From the NCBI GenBank assembly GCA_049860595.1, contig CP187551.1: 64,000 bases of DNA. One strand, written 5' to 3'. Below are positions 32,580 through 45,803 of this stretch, in pieces. Every line of letters begins with the position of its first letter. The stretch's first letter is position 1. Position numbers and translations under genes: made by a program. This DNA comes from Methanocaldococcus sp. 16A. GTDB taxonomy: Archaea > AGJL01 > Methanococci > Methanococcales > Methanocaldococcaceae. The notes below the pieces were generated by a model. It was not told the origin of the DNA. It was given only the letters and a program-made list of their open reading frames with translations, and searched no databases.

Positions 32580-33548
32580 TTGGTGGTTTTAATGTCTATA
32601 GCATTTGGACCTGTTCCATCAAGGAGATTGGGAAAGAGTTTGGGAATAAATAATATTCCTTGTAAGTTTTGTAGTTATGATTGTATATACTGTCAAGTTG
32701 GAAGAACTATAGACAAAACCATAGAGAGAAGAGCGTTTTATAATCCTGAAGATATTTTTAAATCAGTAAAAGAGAAGATAAATAAGTTATCTAATGAAAA
32801 AATAGATTATCTTACTTTTGTTGCAGATGGAGAGCCTACATTAGATATAAATTTATCAAAAGATGTTGAAATGCTTAGAGATTTTGACATTCCAATAGCA
32901 ATAATTACGAATTCTTCATTAATCTGGAAGGAAGATGTTAGAAATGACTTATTAAACTTTGATTTAGTATCATTTAAGATAGATTCTGCAGAAGAAAAAA
33001 TTTGGAAGGAGATAAATAGACCTCATGAAAATTTAAATCTAAATAAAATCTTAGAAGGCATTATATCTTTTAGAGACAACTATAAAGGAGAATTAATAAC
33101 TGAAACGATGATTTTAGGAAATATAAGATATACGGAGGAATCTATAATCAAAACAGCAGAATTTTTAAAAGAGTTAAATCCAGATAGATGCTATCTGAAT
33201 ATACCAATAAGACCTCCCTCTGAAAAATATATAAAACCTCCTAAAATAGAACTGATAAATAAAATATTAGCTATCTTTAATGAAATTGTTGGAATAGATA
33301 AGGTTGAACTCCTAGGGAAATTTGAAGGAAATGAATTTGTATTTTCTGAAAATGTTGAAGAGGATATATTAGCTATAACTTCAGTTCATCCTATGAGGGA
33401 GGAAGTTATTAAAGAGTTATTAAATAAAGCAAATATTAGCTTTGACATTATAGAAAAAATGGTAAATGAAGGAAAATTAATAAAATTAGAATACAATGGA
33501 GAAATATTTTATATGAAAAAGATTAAGAGTAGAAGAGTGCATGTCTAA
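32580..33548 (+). CDS. Radical SAM protein
   Basis: FGPVPSRRLGKSLG, CSYDCIYC, GEPTL. Confidence 0.9.
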   Translation: MVVLMSIAFGPVPSRRLGKSLGINNIPCKFCSYDCIYCQVGRTIDKTIERRAFYNPEDIFKSVKEKINKLSNEKIDYLTFVADGEPTLDINLSKDVEMLRDFDIPIAIITNSSLIWKEDVRNDLLNFDLVSFKIDSAEEKIWKEINRPHENLNLNKILEGIISFRDNYKGELITETMILGNIRYTEESIIKTAEFLKELNPDRCYLNIPIRPPSEKYIKPPKIELINKILAIFNEIVGIDKVELLGKFEGNEFVFSENVEEDILAITSVHPMREEVIKELLNKANISFDIIEKMVNEGKLIKLEYNGEIFYMKKIKSRRVHV

Positions 33549-33611
33549 TGCATATTCGTAGATACTGATTTTTTATTTGTATCTAAAACTTGTTGATGCT
33601 CCAATTTTCAG

Positions 33612-34397
33612 CTATTCTACAGTTTCTTGAAGATATTTTAAAATCCCAACATGTTTACAATTTAATAATAGTAACATATACCTTAATAAAAACAACCTCA
33701 CTTTTCTATTTTCAGTATACAAATATGAGGTTATACATTTTCGATTCTTTTTTTGCTGTATTTTTAATATTGGTTTTATTTCCCCACATATCTCTTTTTC
33801 TTCTATTTTTACATCTCTTATATTACTAAATATATCGTATGTTTTAGTATTGTTATTTTCTAATACCTCCACGACTAATTTATACTCAAACTTCACTATA
33901 ACTTCTTCTTTAATACGCTCTTTAATAAATTTTAAATATCCATTTTCCCAAGTTTTATCCCTATAATCCTCTTCTTTAACATCATACAATATTTTAACCT
34001 CTTTGTTATTTAGTAATAAACAAAATAATTTTCTTAAAAAATTGTCTATAGGGGTTTTTCCATATAGTGATGTTTCCGGGGCAAAACCTATCATTATAGT
34101 ACCAAATTCTTTAGATTTAATAACTATTGTTGAATGGAAAGTAATATCTTCCAATAAGCATTTAGCACTATCAAAGACTTTTTTTGGTAGTTTATATCCT
34201 ACATCATCTATATCCTCTATATTTGCTTCAATTTTTTTATCTAAAAATTCAAATACAATTTTGTCTTTATATAATATTATTTCTAATTTTTCCCATCTCA
34301 ATAATGGTTTCTCCATAGTTTTTGGAGTAATCAATACCCCTTTACCAGAAAATCTTGCTATTTCTTGGGATTCATTTATCATATAACCACCTAACAC
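33612..34397 (-). CDS. Hypothetical protein, possibly archaeal CheF (DUF439) family
   Basis: 261 aa ORF; N-terminal IARFSGKG...[15 protein letters not shown] pattern recalls CheF PH-like domains (from memory). Confidence 0.5.
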   Translation of the reverse strand: MLGGYMINESQEIARFSGKGVLITPKTMEKPLLRWEKLEIILYKDKIVFEFLDKKIEANIEDIDDVGYKLPKKVFDSAKCLLEDITFHSTIVIKSKEFGTIMIGFAPETSLYGKTPIDNFLRKLFCLLLNNKEVKILYDVKEEDYRDKTWENGYLKFIKERIKEEVIVKFEYKLVVEVLENNNTKTYDIFSNIRDVKIEEKEICGEIKPILKIQQKKNRKCITSYLYTENRKVRLFLLRYMLLLLNCKHVGILKYLQETVE

Positions 34398-34657
34398 TTA
34401 AATTAAATAAATTACAGTTCTATTATTAATAATCCATCTGAATGCTAAAAGTATAAACATTCCTTAGTAAATATTCCAATTTATGTAAAATCCTATACCG
34501 TAATTACTTTATATCATCCGGTAGTTATATAGTTAATCTACGAATCGATACTGAATTTTATAGCACTATCTTAATAACTCACTCCTAATGTCATAAAGTC
34601 ATCACCTAATAAAAGTATAAATACCCCTCTTCTAAATATAGTTAAAAAGGTTACTAA

Positions 34658-36154
<1,497 letters not shown>

Positions 36155-36188
36155 TTGAAATCCTATAATTTTATTTTTTAAAAAAGGG

Positions 36189-36473
36189 ATGATTATGAAG
36201 CCAACATTAATATTTTTAGGGATTATTTTAATGTTTATTGGATTTTTTATGATAACTTTAGGAATGATTTTGCCAAGCTCTCAAGAAGATTATAAAAAGG
36301 TAAAAACAGAAAAAACTGAAGAAAGTAATGTGGAATATTCTGGGATTATAATGATAGGCCCAATACCAATAGTGTTTGGAAATTCCCCAGGTTTAATGAT
36401 GCTTTCCGTGTTAATACTAATACTAATGATTATTTGGATGTTTTTATTTGCTTTCGGAATAAGAATAAAATAA
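36189..36473 (+). CDS. DUF131 (TIGR00304-like) membrane protein
   Basis: GIIMIGPIPIVFG motif, 2 TM segments. Confidence 0.82.
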   Translation: MIMKPTLIFLGIILMFIGFFMITLGMILPSSQEDYKKVKTEKTEESNVEYSGIIMIGPIPIVFGNSPGLMMLSVLILILMIIWMFLFAFGIRIK

Positions 36474-36518
36474 ATAAAAATTATTTTTCATATTATATTA
36501 TTCCTACGAAAGTCCTAA

Positions 36519-37244
<726 letters not shown>

Positions 37245-37258
37245 TTACTTTAAATATT

Positions 37259-37332
37259 ATAGGACTTTCGCAGTTTATATCTATTCATGGAAATTAGATG
37301 CCTTAAAACATTTATTCCTGCGAAAGTCCTAT
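37259..37332. repeat. Palindromic intergenic mini-element (short copy)
   Basis: Perfect 15 bp IR ATAGGACTTTCGCAG / CTGCGAAAGTCCTAT. Confidence 0.88.
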
Positions 37333-37416
37333 ATTCCTCTACATAATATTTTCTGTTAGTTAGAGTATTTATGAATTGTTATCTCTAAAAAACTCTTCTA
37401 ACAAATACGTGAGAAA

Positions 37417-38919
37417 ATGAAAGCATTAATTATTGATTGTTTAGCATCTGGTGATGGGAAAAGAACTTTAACGAGAGACGTTATTGGAGCTGGACCGAGA
37501 ACAGTTAAAGGTATTTTGCAAAACGAAGGAATTGAAGCAAAGATAACCCCTGTAGAGGATTTGGATATTAAAGATGCTAAAAAATATGACCTAATTTTTG
37601 TTAGTGCAATGACTTCTGACTTTAAATGTGTTAAAAAGTTAGTTGAAAGAATTAGATTAAAAACTAACAGTAAAATAATTGTTGGAGGGCCTATAGCTAA
37701 TGATTTATATCTTTTACAAAAAATAGAGGCAGATATAAGCATAGTTGGAGAAGGAGAGTTAACAATAAGAGAATTAATAAAAAAGGATTTTGATGCTGAA
37801 GATGTTAAAGGAACAACATATTGGGATTACAATGAGGATGAATTAAAAATAAACCCTCTAAGAGAAATTCTAACTGATTTAAAATTAATAACACCATCAA
37901 CTGAAATTAAAGATTATAAAAATTACTTCTCTGCAAGAGTTTATGTTGAAGTTGTTAGAGGTTGTAGTAATTTTAAAAGACCCTTATTATTATGCACTAA
38001 CAAAAAATGTAACTTATGTGAAAATGGAACATTAAAATGCCCTTTAAATATAAATCCTGGTTGTGGTTTCTGCTCTGTCCCTTCAGTATTTGGATATGCA
38101 AGAAGTAGGGATGAAGAAGATATATTAAAAGAAGTTGAGGAATTATTGGAAGAGGGTGTTAAGAGGATAGTTCTCTCCGCCCCAGATTTTTTAGATTATA
38201 AAAGAGGAAATAAATTGATAAATCCTCACTTCCCAGAACCAAATTATGAAGCAATTGAATCTTTATTATCAAATTGCAAAGATTTAGCCGATAAATATAA
38301 TGCAAATATTTTAATTGAAAATATAAAGGCTAATTTGTTTAATGAAAAAGTGGCAGAAATATTTAGTAAATATCTAAAAACTCCAATATACATTGGCTGT
38401 GAGAGTGGTGATAGAGAGCACTGCAGATTATTGGGAAGACCTACAACACCAAATGATGTTTTAAAAGCAGTTAAAATAGCAAAAAAATATAATTTAAAGG
38501 CTCAAGTTTATTTTATATATGGATTACCAGGAGAAAATGAAGAAGCTGCAAAAAATACAATAGATTTTATGCGCAAAATTAAAAATTATATTGATAAAAT
38601 AACTGTTTATAAATTTAGACCTCTACCTATGTCTGCATTTCAAAATTTTAAACCAAATATTACAAAATATTCCCTACTAATTAGAGAAACAGCCAACAAA
38701 ATAAATTTAGAGATAAAGAGAAAATATATTGGAAAAACTTTAAAGGTTATAGTATCAGAGAGACACTTTAGAAATAAAAGAGATGCTATTGGCTATCTTC
38801 CAGATAGTGGATTGATGGTTGTTGTTAAAGATGGAGCTAAATTTATTGGAAAAACTAAGAAAGTTAAAATAACTAAAGCTTATGAAAAGTATTTAGAAGG
38901 AAAATTATGGAGGGATTAA
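37417..38919 (+). CDS. B12-binding-like domain / radical SAM / TRAM protein
   Basis: EVVRGC...GCGFC, GCESG, YFIYGLPGE; C-terminal TRAM-like VKITKAYEKYLEG. Confidence 0.85.
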   Translation: MKALIIDCLASGDGKRTLTRDVIGAGPRTVKGILQNEGIEAKITPVEDLDIKDAKKYDLIFVSAMTSDFKCVKKLVERIRLKTNSKIIVGGPIANDLYLLQKIEADISIVGEGELTIRELIKKDFDAEDVKGTTYWDYNEDELKINPLREILTDLKLITPSTEIKDYKNYFSARVYVEVVRGCSNFKRPLLLCTNKKCNLCENGTLKCPLNINPGCGFCSVPSVFGYARSRDEEDILKEVEELLEEGVKRIVLSAPDFLDYKRGNKLINPHFPEPNYEAIESLLSNCKDLADKYNANILIENIKANLFNEKVAEIFSKYLKTPIYIGCESGDREHCRLLGRPTTPNDVLKAVKIAKKYNLKAQVYFIYGLPGENEEAAKNTIDFMRKIKNYIDKITVYKFRPLPMSAFQNFKPNITKYSLLIRETANKINLEIKRKYIGKTLKVIVSERHFRNKRDAIGYLPDSGLMVVVKDGAKFIGKTKKVKITKAYEKYLEGKLWRD

Positions 38920-38920
38920 T

Positions 38921-39547
38921 TTGCTTCCTGTTTTGTTATCTTTTGATAGAAAAAAAGTAGCAATATTTGGTTGTGGTAGTGTAGGAAAGAGAAGGGCTAA
39001 GAAAATATTAAAAAATGGTGGAATTGTTGATATCTATTCTAAAGAATTTGATGATGAGATGAAAAAATTAAAAGAAAATAACAAAAACCTAAATCTAATT
39101 AAAACTGATATTAACCAATTGAGTGATGAAGAGCTAAAAAATATTATAATGAAGTATGATTTTATAGTAGCAGCTATCAATGAGGAAATTAACAAAAGAA
39201 TCGTTAAATTATCAAGGGATTTAAATAAGTTTGTAAATTCTTCAACAAAGGTAGAAGGCGTTAATTTTATTATTCCTGCCTATACCGAGGTTGATGAAGT
39301 AATATTTAGCATATACACAAAAGGAAAAAGCCCCTTAATAGCTAAGCATATAAGAATTTTTGTAGAAAACTATCTAAAATCAACTGACATAAATATGATA
39401 GCATATATGAGAGAGTATTTAAAAGAGACATATCCAAAACAGAAAGATAGAGAAAAAATATTAAAAAAGATTTTTGAAAACGAAAAATTTAGAGAAGAAC
39501 TAAAAAGATTAATAGAGAAGTGGGAAAATGATAATACTAAAAGCTGA
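38921..39547 (+). CDS. Precorrin-2 dehydrogenase (SirC/CysG-N-like)
   Basis: MLPVLL...FGCGSVGKRRA; NFIIPA, TKGKSP; adjacent to hemA. Confidence 0.88.
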   Translation: MLPVLLSFDRKKVAIFGCGSVGKRRAKKILKNGGIVDIYSKEFDDEMKKLKENNKNLNLIKTDINQLSDEELKNIIMKYDFIVAAINEEINKRIVKLSRDLNKFVNSSTKVEGVNFIIPAYTEVDEVIFSIYTKGKSPLIAKHIRIFVENYLKSTDINMIAYMREYLKETYPKQKDREKILKKIFENEKFREELKRLIEKWENDNTKS

Positions 39548-40706
39548 TTATAAGAAATACAGCGTCTCTGAATTAGAAAAGCTTAGAATGGATGAAGAAA
39601 AATTTTATGAGATGTTTGATAATGCCATATTATTACAAACATGCAATAGGGTAGAGATTATATTTGATGCAAATAGCTTAGAAGAGATTAAAAACATCAA
39701 CTACATAGATTTAGATAAATTTGATATTCTATATGGAGATGAGGCTATTGAACATCTTTTTAGAGTTGCATGTGGTTTAGAGTCAATGATTGTTGGAGAA
39801 AACCAAATACTCGGGCAGTTGAAAAATGCTTATCTAAAAGCAAAAGAGAAAGGAAAAATTTCTAAGAAATTGGAAAAGATTATTTTAAAGGCAATTCATA
39901 CTGGACAGAGAGCGAGAGTAGAGACAAAGATAAATGAAGGAGGAGTTTCAATAGGTAGTGCGGCAGTTGAATTAGCAGAGAAGATTTTTGGATTAGAAGG
40001 GAAAAATGTCTTATTAATTGGAGCTGGAGAGATGGCAAATTTAGTTATAAAAGCGTTGAAGGAAAAAAACATTAAAGCTATTATTGTAGCAAATAGAACT
40101 TATGAAAAAGCTGAAAAATTAGCTAAAGAACTTGGTGGAATGGCTATAAAGTTTGACAAATTGGAAGAAGCTTTGAGGTATGCAGATGTAGTTATCTCAG
40201 CTACTGGAGCCCCACATCCGATTTTAAATAAGGAGAGATTAAAAAACGCTGGAAAGACAGTTATTATAGATATAGCCAACCCAAGAGATACAACCGACGA
40301 TATTAGAGAATTACCTGATGTTTTTTTATTCACTATTGATGATTTGAAGTTGGTTGCTGAAGAGAATTTAAAGAAAAGAAAAGAAGAAATTCCAAAGGTT
40401 GAGATGATTATTTGTGAGGAATTGGAGCAGTTAAAAGAGCTTCTTGATAAAATGAAATTTGAAACAGCAATAAAAGAACTTGGGCTGTATATTGAGAATG
40501 TTAGAAAGAAAGAATTTGAAAAAGCGAAAAAGATATTAAAGAATAAAAATAAGCCGATTGAGGAAGTTTTAGAAGATTTTTCAAAGGCTTTGTGTAAAAG
40601 GATAATTTACGATATAATAAAAATATTTGAAAATGTGGAAGATAAAGAGGTTTTTGAGTGTTTAGCAGAAGAGTTTAAAAAACTTGGAAATAAAAACAAA
40701 AATTAA
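39528..40706 (+). CDS. hemA: Glutamyl-tRNA reductase
   Basis: TCNRVE, GLESMIVGENQILGQ, GAGEM, DIANPRD. Confidence 0.97.
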   Translation: MIILKADYKKYSVSELEKLRMDEEKFYEMFDNAILLQTCNRVEIIFDANSLEEIKNINYIDLDKFDILYGDEAIEHLFRVACGLESMIVGENQILGQLKNAYLKAKEKGKISKKLEKIILKAIHTGQRARVETKINEGGVSIGSAAVELAEKIFGLEGKNVLLIGAGEMANLVIKALKEKNIKAIIVANRTYEKAEKLAKELGGMAIKFDKLEEALRYADVVISATGAPHPILNKERLKNAGKTVIIDIANPRDTTDDIRELPDVFLFTIDDLKLVAEENLKKRKEEIPKVEMIICEELEQLKELLDKMKFETAIKELGLYIENVRKKEFEKAKKILKNKNKPIEEVLEDFSKALCKRIIYDIIKIFENVEDKEVFECLAEEFKKLGNKNKN

Positions 40707-40779
40707 ATAGGATTTCGCAGTTTGAATATTACTTTTGAGCTTAAATGCTATTAAAAATTTATTCCTGCGAAAGTCTTAT
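40707..40779. repeat. Palindromic intergenic mini-element (short copy)
   Basis: ATAGGATTTCGCAG ... CTGCGAAAGTCTTAT, filling the gap between convergent genes. Confidence 0.8.
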
Positions 40780-40785
40780 TAAATA

Positions 40786-41637
40786 TTATTCTTTATTTAG
40801 CTCTTTTATCCACTCAACATTCCCCTTTAAAACAGTCCTTGCAACAGACACAAAATCAGAGTATTTTAACATTTCTTTAGCTTTTTCTATAGAATCAATT
40901 GAGTTATTTCCAATTATTATTTTATCACTAAATTCTTCTGCCAAGATTTTTAATGAATCCAAATCTGCATAAGGTTTTCCTGGATAAAAACAATCAACAT
41001 GCAATCCATCAAAATAATCTCTCACATAGTTTAAATTATCAATTAACTCTTTTAGTGGGATGTGATTTAATCTTATCTTTAAAAAAATAGGTTTATTTAA
41101 CTCTTTCATTCTATTTAAAAATTCTTCTAAGAGCTTTTTATTTCTCATTAACTCTTGTCCAATGCCCAATGAAGTTATTTCTTTCTGCCTACAATGGCAG
41201 TTAAGTTCTATAATATCAGCATATTTAGAAATAGTTAATAATTTATCATAAGCTTCATCTATATCAACAAATCTAACATTAACTGAAACTAAAGCATTGC
41301 TTTCTCTTGATTTTTTTATTTGCTCAATTATATAGCTATTAAATTCTTCCAAATTTATAGAAAATTCCTTTCTTCCTCTTTTCTCTATGTCTTTACTTGC
41401 TTTATATGTTGCAGTATCTAAGTTGTAGCCACCAATGGTAACAATGGCAAACAAATCAATAAATTTTTTACAGAAATCCCCATCAGTAATGCCTGCCATT
41501 GGAGCTAAGACAATTTTTTTATTCAACTCATTTAATTTTTCTATTTTTTTGTTCATCTCTGCAATCACCTTTGTAATCCACATAATCTTCCAGTTGTTAT
41601 ATTTTGCTCTAAGAAATCGTCCTGCTTTAAAGTGCAT
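40786..41637 (-). CDS. tRNA-dihydrouridine synthase-like TIM barrel protein (methanogen MJ0144-type)
   Basis: [25 protein letters not shown]; true start is probably ~80 nt downstream of the ORF-track start. Confidence 0.85.
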   Translation of the reverse strand: MHFKAGRFLRAKYNNWKIMWITKVIAEMNKKIEKLNELNKKIVLAPMAGITDGDFCKKFIDLFAIVTIGGYNLDTATYKASKDIEKRGRKEFSINLEEFNSYIIEQIKKSRESNALVSVNVRFVDIDEAYDKLLTISKYADIIELNCHCRQKEITSLGIGQELMRNKKLLEEFLNRMKELNKPIFLKIRLNHIPLKELIDNLNYVRDYFDGLHVDCFYPGKPYADLDSLKILAEEFSDKIIIGNNSIDSIEKAKEMLKYSDFVSVARTVLKGNVEWIKELNKE

Positions 41638-42371
41638 ACATTTTTATTAACTATCTTTTTTCTAATTTTCTCTAATCCCTCATCAGCCAAGTTTGAGGCA
41701 TCTTCTGCAGTCCTTCCAACTCCAATTCCAGCTTTTAACTCTATATTATACTTTTTATTGATTCTGTTGAAAATATCCAAGAAATCTTCCTCACTCATTC
41801 CATTTGATGGAGCCATGAAGTTATCTCCTCCTATGAAAAACAACAAAGCGTTATGTTTTAAAAGCTCCTCCATCAATGCTAATTTAACCTTATTTACATT
41901 TATATAGGTGTCATAGGCACTCACAATATCTGTAAGAGTTCCCGTAATGTTGTTTATATCAATGTGAGCAATTTGGACATAGCCATCAACAACTAACTCA
42001 TTGGCAACATCTAAAACCTCTTTTCTATTTTCATCTTGAGCACTTCCATGCTCTTGTAGTGTTTTTGTAGCAAGTTTTTGAGCTTCATAAGGTGTTTCAG
42101 CTGAAGCAATAGCCATACTAACTGTAAATGGATATCTGTTTCTTATGCTCTCTTGGATTCTTTTGTGTGTAATTAAATCAATACCATTTGTTATAGCTAT
42201 TAAATTATCAAATCTTGTATAGAACACCAATCCCTTATGAGCTCCAAACATGAGATTTAAATCAGCATATAATCTGCTCTGCAGAGCTTGTAAATCACTC
42301 TCTCTTCTTGGATTTGGAGTAACTGTCCAAGGTCCGTAATTATCTATCTGAATTACCGTTATTTGAATCAT
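41565..42371 (-). CDS. gch3: GTP cyclohydrolase III (IIa)
   Basis: [10 protein letters not shown]...[18 protein letters not shown]. Confidence 0.95.
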   Translation of the reverse strand: MIQITVIQIDNYGPWTVTPNPRRESDLQALQSRLYADLNLMFGAHKGLVFYTRFDNLIAITNGIDLITHKRIQESIRNRYPFTVSMAIASAETPYEAQKLATKTLQEHGSAQDENRKEVLDVANELVVDGYVQIAHIDINNITGTLTDIVSAYDTYINVNKVKLALMEELLKHNALLFFIGGDNFMAPSNGMSEEDFLDIFNRINKKYNIELKAGIGVGRTAEDASNLADEGLEKIRKKIVNKNVCTLKQDDFLEQNITTGRLCGLQR

Positions 42372-42523
42372 CCTCTCATCTCTTCAAATACTTTATATAA
42401 ATGTTTAATAGTTTTGCACAAAACTATAACTTCCTATTAAATGTAGTTTTTAATTTTATTAATTTTATTATTCATTAATTATTATTCATTAAAAAATTTA
42501 TGAGTAGTATTTAAAAAAATTAA

Positions 42524-42724
42524 TTACTCTTCTATTGAGATTGCCTGGTCTGGACATTGTAATATACAGAGATTGCACTTTGTGCATTTTTCAGCATTTA
42601 CTGGGATTGGTGGATAGATACCTTTTTTATTCAACTTTTTTGATTTTTCAAATACTCCTCTTGGGCATACTACAATACATATATCACATCCTTTACAGAA
42701 ATTTTCATTTATTTCTATCTTCAT
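42524..42724 (-). CDS. 2x[4Fe-4S] ferredoxin (2-oxoacid:ferredoxin oxidoreductase delta-like)
   Basis: CKGCDICIVVCP and CTKCNLCILQCPDQAI. Confidence 0.9.
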   Translation of the reverse strand: MKIEINENFCKGCDICIVVCPRGVFEKSKKLNKKGIYPPIPVNAEKCTKCNLCILQCPDQAISIEE

Positions 42725-42748
42725 TATTATCCCTCTATACCATTTTTG

Positions 42749-42840
42749 ATATTAGGACTTTCGCAGGGATAAATATTAAAAGGCATATTTGATGCTTACG
42801 GCATCATATTTTCATTACTCAATATATAAAGTCCTAATAT
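42749..42840. repeat. Palindromic intergenic mini-element
   Basis: ATATTAGGACTTTCGCAG ... AAAGTCCTAATAT; inner GATGCTTACGGCATC hairpin. Confidence 0.8.
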
Positions 42841-42841
42841 A

Positions 42842-43066
42842 TTACAGCACTTTTTTATAGCATTCCAGATTAAAAATGATTGTGGTTTTAAAATTCCTTC
42901 AATTGGATTTAAGAATAGAATATTATTTTTAATTAAAAATTCTTTTTATATCTTCGTCTATGTGGTATTCATCAATTATGTAATCATCTTTAAATAATTT
43001 TAATGCTTCAACAATTTTTTCATAATCAATATCAGCTATCAAAAATCTTATTCTACAAGAAGTCAT
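42842..43066 (-). pseudogene. Frameshifted C-terminal remnant of a Methanocaldococcus archaeal-ATPase family gene
   Basis: Manual translation: DYEKIVEALKLFKDDY... then a frameshift to [33 protein letters not shown]; absent from the ORF track. Confidence 0.7.
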
Positions 43067-43452
43067 TCCATTAATTCTGTATCCTCATGAGAGTATGGTG
43101 GGAAACTGCAACATAATATCTTTAAAGGAACATCTCCAATATTTTCAATCTTATGGGGAGTTTTGGGAGGAATGCATATAGCATCTCCTTTTTTTACTTC
43201 AAATTTTTCATCACCTAATGTCATTAATCCTTTACCTTCCAAAATGTAATATATCTCCTCAGATTTATGATGTTTATGCAGTAATGTTTTAGAACCTACT
43301 GGAACTATAGCCTCTGCTAAACTTTGTTTTACATTCCCGTGAGCATTTGGATGCATTAATTCACGAATTATTGAGCCATCTTTAGTAACGTATGGTTTAA
43401 TTTTGTCGTATTCACTTTTTATAATTTTCATAGTTATCATCCCAATTTTCAT
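43063..43452 (-). CDS. Cupin-domain protein
   Basis: LHKHHKSEEIYYILEGKG and IPPKTPHKIEN cupin motifs. Confidence 0.92.
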   Translation of the reverse strand: MKIGMITMKIIKSEYDKIKPYVTKDGSIIRELMHPNAHGNVKQSLAEAIVPVGSKTLLHKHHKSEEIYYILEGKGLMTLGDEKFEVKKGDAICIPPKTPHKIENIGDVPLKILCCSFPPYSHEDTELME

Positions 43453-43688
43453 TAAACGAGCATAATGTATAACTCTTATATTTATTAAGAATATTTAATG
43501 TTTAATAGAAACTTATATAAGTTTTAATATTATAAAATTTTATATTTAAATATATAAATTATAAATAAAATAAAAAATAATAATATTGATTATGAAGAGA
43601 TTACGAGAAAATCCAACATACTACAGATTAAACAATTTAATAAAATTATGCGAGACTACGAGTATATACATATTTATTTACCAAAAAA

Positions 43689-44849
43689 TTATTTTTCCCC
43701 TCCTCCATGCTTACTTTTTCTTGGTCTTATTTTTATGATTTTTAGAAATTCTTTTTCATCATCTATAAAGACACATTCTCCTTTATTTAAATCTTTAATA
43801 TACACTTTTAATTCTTTTCCCATATATTCCTGGTTGAGTTTGTTTAATGCATTTATATCTTCTCTATTTGTTACTTTATGTGCAAAAATAATATCACATT
43901 GACTTAAAACCTCATTGTCAATTGCTGAGGGTTGTTGAGTAGCTATAACTAAATTTAATCCTGGCTGTCTTCCTTCCTTTGCCCATCTTATTAATATTTC
44001 TTTTGACAATGTTGATTTTCCAGAAGGAATGAAATTGTGTGCCTCATCAATAAACATCCAAACTTTCGGCATTTTTGATGGTAAATTTAACATTTCCTTT
44101 TTTCTTGATTTCAATCGTTGATTAAATAGATACTTTGCAATTATTGATACAATTAAATCTCTCAATCCGTATCTTCCACTTTCAATAACACTCAAATCAA
44201 TAACATTTATTGCGTTTCTTTCAAAAATTTCTTCTATTGGTATATATTCATCTGAAAAAATACCCCATTTTTTTGCCATATTTAGACGGTTAATTAATGC
44301 TTCTTTTGTGGTTTCTTTTGATTTTGTATCCCTTTCTACTTCATAAATGATATCATCAATTGTAAAAAAATCTTTTTTAATATTATCAATTGCTCTATAT
44401 AATGCGATTCCCATCATTTCATTTATATTCAAATTAAATAGATCACACCATCCTTCTGCTGAAATATCTGATGGATTTAACAAAAGTTTTTTGAATTCTA
44501 CTCCTCTATTTTTCATTTCTCTTATAACATCTTCATCAAATCTTTTGTCTATTTCTCCAGGAACTATCAATTTTACAGGATATCTTTCTGGATATAAATC
44601 CCAATCCCAAAGGTTTTCTTCTTGTTCTTCATTAGGCTCTACCATAGTCCAAAATATCCCCATCGGATCAATTATAATCTTTAAATAATCTGGATGTTTT
44701 TCTTGAATTTCTTCAACTAAAACTCCCAATGTATAGCTTTTTCCACTACCTCTTTTACCACAAATAAAAATTGCATGAGATTTTGAAGCATCTATATAAA
44801 CATCTTCTCCTAACATATCTTTTAGTTTTTCTCTTCCAATAAATAACAT
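43689..44849 (-). CDS. HerA/FtsK-family (DUF87-like) ATPase
   Basis: GKRGSGKSYT, IIIDPMG, FIDEAHNF, EGRQPG arginine finger, ATQQP. Confidence 0.9.
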   Translation of the reverse strand: MLFIGREKLKDMLGEDVYIDASKSHAIFICGKRGSGKSYTLGVLVEEIQEKHPDYLKIIIDPMGIFWTMVEPNEEQEENLWDWDLYPERYPVKLIVPGEIDKRFDEDVIREMKNRGVEFKKLLLNPSDISAEGWCDLFNLNINEMMGIALYRAIDNIKKDFFTIDDIIYEVERDTKSKETTKEALINRLNMAKKWGIFSDEYIPIEEIFERNAINVIDLSVIESGRYGLRDLIVSIIAKYLFNQRLKSRKKEMLNLPSKMPKVWMFIDEAHNFIPSGKSTLSKEILIRWAKEGRQPGLNLVIATQQPSAIDNEVLSQCDIIFAHKVTNREDINALNKLNQEYMGKELKVYIKDLNKGECVFIDDEKEFLKIIKIRPRKSKHGGGEK

Positions 44850-44852
44850 AAT

Positions 44853-45803
44853 CTACCCCTCAATAATAATTAAAGGCACAAAACACTCCTCAAATGATAT
44901 ATTTCCATGAGAACCTTTTTTATATTTTTTTGTAAAATTCCACTTTATACCATGATCAGCTGTAATTACTATAAGATAAGACTGATTTGTTTGATTTAGA
45001 ATATCTATTAAGAGGTTTATATTTTCAAAGATTTCTTTTATTCTATTAATTATTCTTTTTTTACTAACTTCCCTTAATTTATGTGCATCATCATCTAATC
45101 CAATTTTGTAAATTTGAATATATTTTTTTGATAGTTTATTTTTAGATATTATATTATAAATGTCCTCATCATAATGAAAAATGTTCTTTTCACTTATATA
45201 TCTAAATAAAATATCGGTTAATGTATTTTTTCTATTCCAATATGTTTGTCCATATCCTTTATATCCAATCTTATAAAGTTCCTTTGCAATAGGTATGCCA
45301 TTTTTTCCATAAACTATATTTTTAAGCCCATTTTCAGTCGTAGTTTTTCCATTAACAAATATAGGTTCAGCACTATAATTTATGTCTGCATTTATATAAT
45401 CCCAGTAAGATAATCCATCAATAAGATACAATATAACTGTTTTTGGGGTTTTAGTATTAACATAATTAATGATATAATCTTTAACATCTTTTTGTGTTCT
45501 AACATACTTTTCAATTAAATTATATTTTTCATTAATAATTTTATTTAATTCTGGTGTAAAAGGATTATGGTCTATTTCATAAATAGGTAGCCTATAGTCA
45601 AATTTATCAGTTATAACAAATTTTTTTTGAGGAAGTTCTTTATTTGGATTATCAACCATTAACCAAAAATCATTATATGAGATATCTTCAAAATCAAAAA
45701 ATAGAAGAGAAAGTTTATGTTTTATTTTTAAGTAACATGGAGTTTTTATCTTTTTTATTTCTTCCTTACAATTATTTCTACATTCTCCATATTCAATAGA
45801 CAT
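44853..45803 (-). CDS. PglZ-like alkaline-phosphatase-superfamily phosphoesterase
   Basis: LYLIDGLSY, LDDDAH, VITADHG and HGNISFEECFVPLIII, in PglZ order; start uncertain. Confidence 0.8.
   Translation of the reverse strand: MSIEYGECRNNCKEEIKKIKTPCYLKIKHKLSLLFFDFEDISYNDFWLMVDNPNKELPQKKFVITDKFDYRLPIYEIDHNPFTPELNKIINEKYNLIEKYVRTQKDVKDYIINYVNTKTPKTVILYLIDGLSYWDYINADINYSAEPIFVNGKTTTENGLKNIVYGKNGIPIAKELYKIGYKGYGQTYWNRKNTLTDILFRYISEKNIFHYDEDIYNIISKNKLSKKYIQIYKIGLDDDAHKLREVSKKRIINRIKEIFENINLLIDILNQTNQSYLIVITADHGIKWNFTKKYKKGSHGNISFEECFVPLIIIEG

Noticed and set aside
40745-43902. Short ORFs 40745-40972, 42535-42792 and 43648-43902
   Set aside because: They overlap palindromic repeats or lie antisense to real genes.
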